From: Carcharhinus longimanus
Taxonomy: Eukaryota
Assembly (NCBI GenBank): GCA_030264375.1
Contig: JASCQW010000043.1
Location: forward strand, 63,847,328 to 63,911,016
Direction: 5' to 3'
Length of the DNA: 63,689 nucleotides
Shown: in pieces, positions 25,362 through 37,860 of the stretch
Layout: each line of letters begins with the position of its first letter
Numbering within the stretch: position 1 is the stretch's first letter
Position numbers and translations under genes: made by a program
Notes under the pieces: model-generated
Database searches by the model: none
Told to the model about the DNA's origin: nothing
What the model saw: the letters and a program-made list of their open reading frames with translations, nothing else

Positions 25362-25560
25362 ACATGTCTGCATGGGATTCCTCTGGGTTCTCAGGTTTCC
25401 TCCCACAGTCTGAAAGACATGCTAGTTAAGTACATTCACCACATTAAATTCTCCCTCAGTATACCCGAACAAGTGCCAAAGTGTAGCGACTAGGGGATTT
25501 TCACAGTAACTTCATTGCAGTGTTAATGTAAGCCTTTTTGTGACATTAATAAATAAACTT
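25362..25560 (+). mobile_element. V-SINE 3' part with type-B tail
   Basis: GGTTTCCTCCCACAGTCTGAAAGAC...TCACAGTAACTTCATTGCAGTGTTAATGTAAGCC...GTGACATTAATAAATAAAC. Confidence 0.8.
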
Positions 25561-26699
25561 TAAATCTTAAAATCTTAAAATTTAAAACAATGCATCCAGT
25601 ACCTCAGTAACCATCTCTCATAACACTACAGGGTGAAGCCATCAAGTCCTGGGATTTGTTGAATTTCAGTCCTATTATTTGCACCTATACAATTTCTCCA
25701 CTGATTTTAACTTTTAAGTTCCTCATTTTCATTAGACATCTGATTGCACACTTCTCCTAGAATGTTTTTGTGTCTGTGAAAACAAATAGTTCCACCATTT
25801 CCTTACTCCCCATTAAAATTTCACCTGTCTCTACCTCTCCAGAACACACATTTACTTTCAATAATTGCATTCTTTCTACATACCTACAGAAAATGTAACA
25901 ATGTGTTTTTATCTCTAACTGGTTTACTCTCATATACTGTTTACCCTTTCTTTAAAAATTTCTTTGTCAACCTTTGCTGTATTTTAAAATTCTTCCAATC
26001 CTCAGGCTTGGAATTAGTTATTTAAATACTTGTCATTACTGATACCATTACATTGTTTCAATTTAATTTCATTATCAAGCCAACTTTCCCTTCATATAAA
26101 CGTAGTTTGTTTTGTTCAAATTCCGTACTTGGCTAATCATGCCCACACTCAATAAAAAGTTCTATCATATCAAGATCACTCTGTTACAAATGCTCCTATA
26201 CCACAAAATTATTAATTAACATTGTCTCTTTGTACAGTATTGGATCTAAAGAAAGAATTTCCCAAATTGGTTACTTGACCTATTGATCAAGAGAATTACT
26301 TTGAATGCATTCCATGAACCTATGCCCTGCAGTAATATTATAAATTTGTTTTCCCCAGTTCATATAAAGATTGTAGTCCTCCATTATTATTGTATTACCC
26401 TTGTTACATGAATCTCCTTAGTTAAACTGTTAGAAAGTAGAGATCTTTTAAATCATTTATATTTGTATTTTGGGAATTAAGAATAAGGTAAAAGTTTAAG
26501 TTTAAGCTTAATTTTTGTTTCTGTATTACTGTTTGTGTTAACTTCAGTTAGCTTCAACTTAAACAAAGGTGCCTACATGCCTATAGGTTTTAGTTTCACT
26601 TTAAACTTTGCATACATTGTAATTAGAGTTATATAATGTAAAAGTCATTATACACTAAAAACTAAGCTGCTGCTTAGCAAATGGAGGCTCACACTGAAA

Positions 26700-28020
26700 A
26701 GCAGAAGCAAATAGATTGGAAGGTGGCAAATGTAATCTCACTATTCAAGAAAAGGAGGGGAAAAACAATGAACTATATGGGCCACTTGCCCTGACAACAT
26801 GTTAGAATCTATTATTAGAAAAAAGGTAACAGGAAACTTAAAGTCAAAATTTGACTGGGCTAAATCAACATGAATTTTTGAAAGGGAAGTTATCTTTGAC
26901 AAATCTGTTCAGGTTGTTTTTCCCATTATGTAACTGGTGTGGCAGATAAGGGGAAAAAGAGGATTTGGTATCTTTGAATTTTCAAAATGTATTTGAAAGG
27001 GAGACATCCAAGATATTATCACACAAAATTAGAATGCATTGGATAAAGGTAATCTATTAGAATGGGTTGAGGATATATTATCAGAAAACAGAATAGGAAT
27101 AAGAGAGTCATTTTGTGGATGGCAGGTTGTGACTAATGGATGATGGCAAGGATTAATATCTATTTACAATGTATATGAATGACTTAGATGAGAGAACCTA
27201 GTATGTGTCCAGGTTTACTAGTGATCCACATTAGATGGAGAAGTAAGTTCAGATGAAGCTGCAAAAGGATTTAGACAGATTAAGTAAGTGTACAAAAACA
27301 TGGTGGATGAAATGTAATGTGAAATTATCCTCTTTGTCTAGAACAATAGAAAAGCAGAATATATCTTGAATTTTGAGAGACTGTTATTGTTAATAATCAG
27401 AAGGAAATAAATGGTATGTTAATTGTTAGTCTTTACTGCAAGGAAATTGGAGTATAAGAGAAGTCTTACTGAAATTGTGAGCCCATACCTGGAGTAGTGT
27501 GTCCAGTCTTGGTTTCCTTAACCAAGGAAGGATGGACTTACTTTTGAGGAAGTACAAAATAGATTCATTAGACTGAATATGGGGTTGGAAGTTCATCTCT
27601 GGATCAAATGTGACAAAGTTGCAAACTGACTGGATTATCCTCAGACTGTTACAGGGAAAGCGATGGACACATTAGGGAATGGAGTTTAGTGTTGGGACCT
27701 AAAACAAGGAGAATAACGAAAGGTGATCTCATTGACCAAATATAATTCTTAAGGGGCTTTACAATGTAGATGCTGGGAGGATTTTTCCCTTAGATGGAGA
27801 GTCCAAATCTCAAGGTAATGACTAATCTTGAAAAATCTCTATTCAGGGTAACGTGGATTCTTAGTTGTTGAGTCACACAAGTCAGAAATTGATAGATGTG
27901 GAATCAAGAGATAATGTGAATAGTACAGGAAGTTGCAGCTTGAGTAGATCATATATGATCTTAGTGAATGGTACAGTAGGCCCCAGAATGGTTGAATAGC
28001 CTATTCCTATTTATTATGTT
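26700..28020 (+). mobile_element. Degenerate CR1 LINE (RT region to tail)
   Basis: Encodes DWKVANVISLFKK, QHEFLKGKLSLTNL and IYMNDLDE remnants, with a GCCTATTCCTATTTATTATG tail. Confidence 0.7.
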
Positions 28021-28159
28021 ATAAAATCTCAAAATGATCACTTCCTTCTCTACTCTACTAGAAAAAAAAGAGCCCTAACTGATCATTTTTTCCTGACAGA
28101 GGTTCACTCTCTTGGTAATTATTTTCTCATGCTGGAATTATGCAATAGTTAAACTTTAA

Positions 28160-29670
28160 AGACCATAAGATGCAGGAGCAAAATTAAGCATTTGGCTCAT
28201 TGAGTCTATTCATGACTCAGCTGACACGATGATCGTCATCTCCACTTATCCCAATAACTCATGATTCCCTTGCTGATTAAAAACCTGTCTATCTCAGCCT
28301 TGAACATGCTTAATGACCCAGCCTCTACTGCTCTCTGTGATAATGAATTCCACAAATTCACTACCCTCTGAGAAAAGAATTCCTTCTAATGAACAACCTC
28401 TTATTCTGAGATTGTGTCCTCTGGCCCTAGTCTCTCCCCCCAACCTAAACAACCTCTCAGTATCTACCCTGTCAAGCCCCTGAGAATCCTATATGTCTCA
28501 ATAAGGTTGTCTTTCATTCTTCTAAACTCCAATGAGTACAGGCCCAACCTATTCAATCTCTTCTCATAAGAAAATCCATCCACATTCAGGATCAACCTAG
28601 TGAACCATCTCTGGACTGCCACCAATGCCAGTATATCTCTCCTTAGATAAGGGATAAGGGGTCCAAAACTGTTCACAATATTCCAGGTGCGGTCTAACTA
28701 GTGTCTTCTACAGCTTTAACCAGACTTCTCTATTTTTATACTCCATTCCCCTTGTAAATAAATGCCTACATTCGATTTTTCTTCCTGCTGAACTTGCATG
28801 CTAGAGTTTTGTGATTTATGCATGAGGACCCCCAAATTCCCCTGTGCTGCAGTTTTCTGTATTTAAATAATATCCAACTTTTCCTACCAATGTGCATAAC
28901 TTCACATTTTCCACCATTACGTTCTATCTACCAATTTTATGCCCACTCATTTAGCCTCTCCATATGCTTCTCTCTAGACTACTTGTGTCACCCTTACTAT
29001 TTGCTTTCCCATCTATTTAAATGTCATCTACAAACCTGGCAATAGTACATTCATCCAAGTCATTAATAAATAATTGTGGCCCCAGCACTGATCCCTGATC
29101 CACTAATTACAGGTTGCGATCCTGAAAATGCCCCTTTTATTCCAACTTTCTGTCTTCTAATAGTTAGCCAATCCTGTATCGATGCTAATTTACTAGTCCC
29201 AACACCCTGGGGTTTTATCTTATTAAGTAGCCACTTGTGTGGTACCTTATTGAATGCTTTTTGGAAATCCAAGTAAATTACATCTACTGGTTCCCCATTA
29301 GCTATCCTGCTCATTATCACCTCAAAGACCTAATATGTTTGTCAGGCATAATTTCCTCTTCAAGAAGCCATGCTGACTTTGCTTGATTATGTTATGTATT
29401 TTTTAATACACTGTCTTTACATTCTTTATAATGACAGATATTAGGCTAACAGGTCTATAGTTAGCTGTTTTTTTTATCTCTCTCCCATTTTGAATAAGCA
29501 TAAACACTGACAGTTTTCCAATTTTCTGGGACTTGTCCAAAATTTAAGGATTTTTAGAAAATTATGCCAGTGCATCTACTAACTCTGTAACTACGTCATT
29601 TAATATCCTAGGATGCAACCCATCAGCTCCAAGAGACTTTTGGCCTTTAGTCCCATTGGTCTCCCTAGTA
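28160..29670 (-). mobile_element. CR1 LINE (RT region to tail)
   Basis: Minus-strand ORFs GEPVDVIYLDFQKAFNKVPH and LVAVQRWFTRLI...LNRLGLYSLEFRR..NLIETYRILRG. Confidence 0.85.
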
Positions 29671-29979
29671 CCATTTTGTTATGACATAAACTTGGAATAT
29701 TCTCATCACTTTTATAATTTATACAAATAACATAGAACAAAAACTGTTCTAACATGATGTATATATTTAGTAATACACCAGCAGTAAAGATTTATGTGGA
29801 ATTTTCACTTTGTAGGCAAATAATTATATTTGTTATTTCAAATTCACACTTTCCTTTCACACATTTGCAATTAGTTGCATACGGAACTTGAATATGATGC
29901 TTATATACAAAAAAAAGTGTATTGCAAATGTATATTTAGCATATAAAATTAACAGGAAAAAAAAAACATGTTTTGTTTC

Positions 29980-30285
29980 AGCGAACCAAGAGACAGCCAT
30001 TCACTGGTTCATTCCTCAAGGCAATGCATTGATCGAGCAGAGTCAAACCGCCTAGTTTAAATTTCAAACAATGTTTGGCAGTTAATTGTCAAACCACCAT
30101 CAACTGATGCATTCTCTAATGGCAAGATCTTTACCAGAGTCCACACTTGCCAAACAAACAATCAGTACTCTAGTCTCATAATGTATAAATTTGATTTTCC
30201 TTACATTAGCATTCTTGTGATTATCCTGCTGAGTACAAGAGAAAATGTTTTGACAAAAAATATCTTTTTTCAGCAATGCTCAAAT
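29980..30285 (+). mobile_element. Penelope-like solo terminal repeat
   Basis: CAGAGTCAAACCGCCTAGTTTAAATTTCAAAC is homologous to 19370-19400 and carries a degenerate hammerhead end. Confidence 0.6.
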
Positions 30286-31539
30286 ATAAATTTAGTAAAT
30301 GCAAATTTATAGACTTTGTTTTAACCCCACAGCATAATGGTATAGCAAACACGCTTCCCTAGTTTAAAACAACTCTAAGAAACTCTTACTATTTCATACT
30401 GTATCCCCCAAAAGAAGTGGAGATTTACACCATCCCTTACTCTATAAGATTTGTTTAAAAACAAGAAAAATGGTCTCACACACTAGATTGAAATTGAAGC
30501 TTACTTTTTTGGTTTGGAAAAGAATAATTAACCAAAGACACAAAGGAGGAAGTACAGTCGAAGCAGCTGGCAAATAGCATTAAAAGGAAACTTAAATGAA
30601 GTCACCTGGAAATTAAATCAAAGTGGTTTTAAATCACGAAAAATCTGCATATATATAAAAAAACTTATGTCTCTGCGCCAAAAAACTGCAAAACTTAACC
30701 ACCTTCCCAATATACCCTTCCGAAAGGCATGGTGCAAACATGATAATAGTAAAAAAAATTGCCACGATTGTGATTATTTTCCAACGTTTAAATACACAAG
30801 GGGAAGAGAACTTAATTCAGGACTGCCGAGCAGCCCTTTCTTTAACTTGCAAATGGCTTTTGTAGAATCGTCCTCCGCCTTCTAAGTCCTAACTAATCCA
30901 TTATTTTGAGCAATGATTAGTGTTATCTGCCAATTTCCGAGCTGTGTAGTGAACCACACTGTTAATAAAGAGAAGGAAGCCTGAAAATATTGACTGCCAC
31001 GTCCTTGCATTGTCACTGTTTGAGCTGTGAAGCATTCCTAACCTTTTGTTTCCAGTGCTCGCGATATTAATGAAACAAAAAAAAACACAAATGTTGACTG
31101 TTACTGGGTTTCATTTACCCTACCTACCTATAACCGAAGGTGTAAGCATTCAAAGTAAGAGGGAACGGGTATCCACGAATATTGCATACATATAACGATA
31201 TTTGGCCGATTTTTATCAGCACGAAAAATTCAGATGAGAAATCGTTGGAATAACATAACTTGGAAAAAAATCTAACCATAAATCATGTTTAAAAATAATT
31301 AGAACAACCTATTCATCTTCTTCCAATCAACCTGTTATCTGGATATCCTTTATGTGGCTGGGTTTGAGACCGGGCCCCTATAATTGACTTAAGCAGCTTC
31401 ACATCTCCAGTAATCACTGCACCGCAGCACTGATTTCCAGAAAGAGAGAGAGAGAGACTGGATTTTACTAGTCCCCGGTTTTTCTCTTAGTTTATGGGAG
31501 AGGAACAAAAATATCCGTGATTGAATAGGGAGAAGGAAT

Positions 31540-31849
31540 ATTTCACAAACTTTACAACTGCTGGTTGCGTTGTGAGGACCGGTCTAGTCTCGCGGTACAA
31601 TTGGCCTCCAGACGGTCACGTTGTGTCTCAAACGCTAAAACGAGGAGCCATTTTAACAGTGGGAAGCAGTGAGTGTGGGAAAGAAGCGCGGGCAAACACC
31701 AGGAGGACGAAGAGAAATCAGCTGCTGGCGCTTCACGTATTGCTTGGCTTTTATTCGAAAAAGAATTGCCAGTACATCTCAGTTTTTGGCTCCACTCTAT
31801 GTAAATCTCTCTCTCTCTTACACACACATATTTATTTTGTATGTAAGTT
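31540..31849 (+). promoter_or_regulatory. Lamin promoter and 5' UTR (CpG-enriched)
   Basis: CpG enrichment, reverse CCAAT (ATTGG ~31600), YY1-like GCCATTTT ~31648 and E2F-like GCGCGGGCAAA ~31687. A perfect E2F site GCGGGAAA lies at 32601-32608 in intron 1. Confidence 0.6.
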
Positions 31850-32208
31850 ATGGCAATGGCTACTCCGAAGACCCAGCACCGTCCGAGCGGCCGGAGTGCA
31901 GCCAGTTCCCCGCTCAGTCCCACCCGCATTTCCCGGCTGCAGGAGAAAGAGGAGCTGAAGAACCTGAACGACCGGCTCGCCATCTACATCGACAAGGTGC
32001 GCTCGCTGGAGTCCGAGAATAGTATCCTGCAGCTGCAGATCTCCGAGAGGGAAGAGGTAACCAGCCGGGAGTTGAGCAGCATCAGGACTCTGTATGAGAA
32101 TGAGCTGGCGGACGCTCGCCACTCTCTGGATGAGACGGCCAAGGAGAGAGCGCGCTTACAGATAGAGCTGGGCAAACTGCGTGGGGACTACGACAGTGTG
32201 CTGCAGAG
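31850..32208 (+). CDS. LMNB1: B-type lamin (most like lamin B1) exon 1: head, coil 1A, start of coil 1B
   Basis: Encodes [51 protein letters not shown]..., including the CDK1 site SPTR. 359 nt, donor AG|GTAGGA in phase 2. Lamin family is certain; B1 orthology is likely. Confidence 0.85.
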
Positions 32209-34483
32209 GTAGGAGAGACTGCAATTCCGCAGCGTTTAATGGGAAAATCCCACCTTTTTTATTTAGGCGCTACTTTAGCTTATCACATTGGTGGGATGGT
32301 GTCTTCCCATCTTGTGTGTGCTGGGTTAAAGGCTAAAATGTGTATATTTGTGATTAAATATACAGCATTGAGCTGAAATCTTGAGGGCAAAAAAAACCTT
32401 ATTTTACGAGATTTGTTGTTTTGAAAGATTTATCTCTCCAGTAAGTTTGATAACAATGGTTCGCTTGTGGCTTCTACGTTAGGATAATGATGAAGAGTTG
32501 AATCATATTTTTAAGCAGACCCTGCACCATGTAAGAATTGTCTAGGTAAAATAAACTTGCTGGAGTCAGTGGTCGGATGAATTATTTGCGGTTAAACCAC
32601 GCGGGAAACGAATTGCGAGATATAGAGTTGGTTGGTTTGTCTACGAAATTTCCCACCTTTTTTCTTTTAAGCCAGTGTGTAAAAACTCCCCCATATGTTA
32701 ATCTGTCATGTAGGAACATGTGTGGAATGAAGCGATATTTTCTACTTTGTGAAATCCCAAAATTTAGAGTTGCAATTGTTTTGCCTGTGTGAGTGTATAA
32801 TGTTTTACCGGGTGGAATTGGCGCCGGTTGAATGGACCAGTTTGTCCAGTTACTACTCAGGCTGACCATATATGGGCTGAAGGCGGGTATGGCGCTTTCC
32901 TTGCCTCTGAAATCTTGGCTTCTTCAGGAATATCGCAGCCTGCAGAATGGGCTGTTTTTTTTGTGCTGTTTCAAACGGTGAAAGCAGGGGTGAGGACTGA
33001 GTCTGTTTTTGAGGGGATTGAATGAATGAGTGAGTGAGCTGGACAATAGCCATCTGTCGCGCGTGAAGAGCCTCTGTGTAGACAAAGAGCTGCTCCTCAG
33101 CCTCCTGCAAAACACCAGGCAGCGATGAAGCTTTTAATTAAATAGCAACTTTCCTGCAAATGTTCCGAATGAGACCAGTGTTGTACATAGCATTGCATCC
33201 CGTTGTTTAATAAGCAGTGGTGTGGGTCAGAAAGCTGGCGGATCAGTGAGTGTATGGATGACAAAAGGCGATATCTTCAGTACTGTGGAGGAGGGGGCGG
33301 GGTGATAACTACCTTTTTTTTGGATTGTTTTGACTGATGAAACCTTTCCCTTAACAGGCAAACCATTACANNNNNNNNNNNNNNNNNNNNCCCCTCCCAA
33401 TTACTGTACAAAAAACTCAGATTTACGTGAAGTCGCTAGGAGTTGGTGTTTATTTTCTCCTGTTTTACTTTCCCTCTGTCACTGCTCAAGTGCTTTTTTT
33501 TTTGCCATCTTTCCCACTGAGCACAGGATCTGGCAAATAATTCCTCTGATCGGAATTTGTGAGGAAAGCTGTTTGATACAGTGTAGCCTGGACCCAACAT
33601 TTCAGTTTTCCCCAACTATTCAAATGTTTTGACTTATGTTAATCCACCCAAAAGCCTGTTCAAACTTGAAATCATAATATGGGGATTGCCATCATTCAAA
33701 AGTGTTTTGGAAATGCTTTGCTTTTTGTTAAAACTAATGGCTTTAAGATTTGTTTTTGGAACTGTCATTAATTTTGCATAAGATGAAGAGGGACATCTGA
33801 AATCTATCTGTTCAAGATTAAAGGGGACCCAGATTGTCTCACTGGGAAGAAGGTGCAAGGTGTTTACACTTGCAGCAGCCTATGTACTAACAGTAGATAG
33901 ACTGATGAGTCTCCAGTCCCAGAAACGTGAAAATGTTGGGTTTTAAAAGGTTATGCTCTAAATGGTCCCTTACTTCCAAGATGAGAGAATTGGGCTCTTG
34001 TCGGTGCCTCTACCTGGATACAAGGCCTATGTAATTCACATTACTACGGTAATGGATTTGAGATTGAGATGGGAAGGTACAGAAGAAGAAGTCATTGTGA
34101 TATTGGGTTACATCACTGAATTTCACAAGTTAGTCTGCCACGGTGCTGGAGCAAGTGAGCATTCAGAGGTCAAAAGGCTGTGGTTCATCATGCTGGAATG
34201 TGAGTGGAAGCTAGCTCAAATTGAATTGACCAATTTAGTGAGTCAGAATTTTAATCCAGCTTTAATGGGGGAAGGAGAGAAGTTGCTGGGAAAAATCTCA
34301 CTGGTGGATAGTTTGGCACTAAACAGTTCCACATTGGGAAAGGAAGTGGAATGGGAGTAAACCCTTAGGAGCTAAGAGTCGTTTTGGACTTATTCTGGCA
34401 GAATCCAATGTCCACTTTAAAGGACAATATAACATCTACCTGATGGTGTTTCTTGTTGAAAGCTTTTTGTTCTGTAGTTTAAA

Positions 34484-35280
34484 GAAAGAACAAAGAAAAT
34501 TACAGCACAGGAACAGGCTCTTCGGCCCTCCAAGCCTGCACTGACCATGCTGTCTGACTTAACTAAAACCCCCTACTCTCTGGGGACCATATCCCTCTAT
34601 TAACATCCTATTCATGTATTTGTCAAGACGCTCCTTAAAAGTCACTATCGAATCCACTTCCATTACCTCCCCCAGTAATGAGTTCCAGGTACCCACCACC
34701 CTCTATTTAAAAAAAAATCTGCCTCGTACATCTCCTTTAAACCTTGTCTCNNNNNNNNNNNNNNNNNNNNNNNNNNNNNNNNNNNNNNNNNNNNNNNNNN
34801 NNNCCACCCTGGGAAAAAGCTTCTGACTCTGTCCATGCCCCTCATAATCTTATAGACTTCTATCAGGTTGCCCCTCAACTTTTGTCATTCCAGTGAGAAC
34901 AGACTAAGTTTCTCCAACCTCTCCTCATAGCTAATGCTCCCCATACCAGGCAACATCCTGGTGAATCTTTTCTGTACCCTCTCCAAAGCCTCCACATCTT
35001 TTTGATAGTGTGGCGACCAGAATTGAACACTATATTCCAAGTGCGGACTAACTAAGGTTCTATAAAGCTGTAACATGACTTGCCAATTTTTAAACTCAGT
35101 GCTCTGGCCGATGGAAGCAAGCATGCTGTATGCCTTCTTGACTACCTTCTCCATCTGCATTGTCACTTTGAGTGACCTGTGTACCTGTACAGCCAGATCC
35201 CTTTGCCTACCTTTAAAGGTTCTGCCGTTTACTGTATATTTCCTATCTGTATTAGACCTTCCAAAATGCATTACCTCACA
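34484..35280 (-). mobile_element. Young CR1 LINE 3' ~800 bp
   Basis: ORF CEVMHFGRSN...LYRTLVSPHLEYSVQFWSPHYQKDVEALERVQKRFTRMLPG and tail GCTGTAATTTTCTTTGTTCTTT. Confidence 0.9.
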
Positions 35281-35632
35281 AAGTATAAGTTGCTTACAAA
35301 AAGAGTTCATTCAAAAGTGCTTTGAATTTGTTACAATTGGAACATGGAATCTTGTAATTGTCACAGCTATTTCTTTCTTGCTTGTCTTCTACCTTCAAAT
35401 AAATGCATTCCAGCAGCACCTTTTTGTGCAGTGATGCATCCTGATGTGTTTCATAAAGAGTTGATTAATTCTCTGTACATCCCTATGTATTTTGATTTTC
35501 GGTTTGGCCTCATTGGGAGTGCAGTGTAGATTTACCAGAATGACACCTGGAACTTGAAGGTTAGATCACACAAACAAGTATTATAGTCCCTGGAATTATA
35601 GAAGGTTAGGGATGGTTTGATTGAAAGTTTAA

Positions 35633-36674
35633 GATATTAAAACGAACTGATAGATCAGCTGGCAAAAAATTCTGTTCCTGCTGGCTAGGTAGGGGTTCAT
35701 AGTCTGTACCCTACAACCACATCTCCTCAGGAGTGAAATTAGGGAAGCTTGTGCACAGTGGTAGAAGTTTGGTGCTCTTTCCCCAAATGGCTATTCGTAA
35801 AGAGAAATACGTATTTCTGTTCACCCAAAAATATTGAGAGAAAAGGGATTCATCACGTCAGTTATTTTACTGACTGACAACTGACTTAAGGACTAAATGA
35901 CCTTATGCTGTTGGTTCATCTTTCGTGGGTTACATAAATCCTTGCATTTTACTGACAATATGCAAATTACTGCATTCAGTGTACAGTCCAATGAAATTTT
36001 GACATATTTTACATAACTTTTTTGCATTCTCTTAGTGACAGATTCAACTGCTTTTTTTTCCTACCCTGTCCTTCTGGTTTGCTGTCAGCTGCAAATTTGA
36101 CTGGTTTGTATGTGATACAATACAAAGTATTGTTTCAGTGCAACAACGTAATGCATGTACAAAAGCAAAATATTGGGGATGCTGGAAGCATTCTAGTCTG
36201 GCAGCACCTGTGGAGAGTGAGCAAGTTAATGTTTCAGGTTGCTGATGACTAACTTGACCCAGTTCTGATGAATGGTCATATTGCTGTCTCAATATGGCAT
36301 TTAAATAAAGTGATATAGTCCTAGTTTTTGTACTGCGATCACAAGTTTGTACTGTAATAACTGACCAGATGTGGGGTTTTTTTTTGATGTGTGCAGTTAC
36401 TGCACTCAGGACGTGGCCGGCAGCACTATTCAGACAAGTTCCCTTATTTCAAAATGTTGTAAAGCAAAAGCACCTTACTAGAACAAGCTTTAACCTTGGG
36501 TTTTCTGCTATCCTAGATAACAGGAAACAGAGCACCAAACCTCTACCACTGTGCACAAGTTTTCCTAATTTCAACCCTGAGGAGGTTTGGTTCTAGAGTG
36601 CAGACTGTGTGACCCTACCTAGCCAGCAGAAACAGAATCTTGTGCCAGCTAATCTGTCAGTTCACTTTAATATC
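35633..36674. repeat. Inverted repeat pair A: 35633-35778 and 36529-36674
   Basis: 146-bp ungapped reverse-complement match with 21 mismatches by manual count (~86%). The arms derive from an old CR1 3' end. Confidence 0.85.
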
Positions 36675-36758
36675 ATAAACCTAGATAGCTAATCAGAATT
36701 TTCTCTAACTTTCACCACTGTGTATTCCGGCCCCTTTGATACATTAACTGTTTATTAG

Positions 36759-37860
36759 CTAAGATTTCCCATTGATTGCAGTCTGGAGGTGTCTGAACAC
36801 ATCACTGGCAGCAACTTCTGGATTTGGGCATTCTTTATCTTACTGTCATTTTGCTACTGGCAAAATGGTGGTTTAATTATCAAGGAAAAGATGGTGTTAC
36901 TCAGTGCTTCCTGGATATCATTTTTATGCTTTGAGTGGCTCCTAGACTTGCTGCGTTGTGTATTTCTCTCATTCTTTAGCAAACAATAAAGAATGCCTTT
37001 GAGTCTGGGGTTAATCCAGCTTCTACAGAACAAGTGAAAATTCCTTATTAAAAATAGAACTGCTCTGCTATTCTAAACCCATGTTTTTTTTGTCATTTTG
37101 GGATAATTGATTCTGATCGTTGCCTTGTCATCTCTAGATTTAACTTCAAATATTGCTCTAATCTCCAACTCCGTATCTTCAAACTGTACTGCCTGTGTCC
37201 TATCGTATACAAAGTACACTTGTCTATTACCCCAGTGCTTACTGGAATATATTGACTTTCACTCAAACTTTTCCTTCATGCCTTGGAACTGGCTAGGCAA
37301 TACTGACATAAGCAACAAACACGAGACTCTTGTGCTACCCAGTTCTTAAGTAGTGAAGTTGCAGCTCAGTTTGCTGAAAAAATAGTTATTACATGCCTCA
37401 GTAAGCTGAGTGGTAAATTGGATCTTTCTGAAATAACCCCAAGGTACTGGGCCTGATACAAAATAAAACAAATAGAGATGTGTTTTAGAATTGTATCTTC
37501 GATCTGGTAACATTGTGATGGGTTGCAGCATTTACAGACAAAATGACCATGTTTAATTTGTGTTCTTACCAACAGTACAAATTAGCTCCAAGATGACATC
37601 CACATACACTGTTATATCCCAAACTGGATACTATTTCCTATCTGTACTTAATTGCTGGTTGCAATCCATGCTTGGTGTATAAACTCAGTAAATAGTGGCC
37701 TGGATTTTGCAGAGGTTATGACAACTGTTAGTGTTTGCCATCATTTACTCAGCTAAATCTGGCAGCTACTCTGGAATGTGCAGAACAATGCCCAAATCGA
37801 GGAGTTGCTGCCAGTGATGTGTTCAGACACCTCCAGACTGCAATCAGTGAAAAATCTTAG
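36759..37860. repeat. Inverted repeat pair B: 36759-36832 and 37787-37860
   Basis: 74-bp ungapped reverse-complement match with 5 mismatches and a 44-bp perfect core TGATTGCAGTCTGGAGGTGTCTGAACACATCACTGGCAGCAACT. Confidence 0.9.

Noticed and set aside
31521-32175. Overlapping sense and antisense ORFs around lamin exon 1
   Set aside because: Shadow ORFs of GC-rich coding and promoter sequence with no recognisable homology.
31850-32208. Calling the lamin LMNA because JTB is adjacent
   Set aside because: It lacks LMNA hallmarks (METP start, ENAGLRLRITE, KAAYEAEL). Residues fit B-type, mainly B1.
33962-34360. 132-aa intronic ORF
   Set aside because: No recognisable domain or supported splice structure; probably antisense of a decayed LINE.
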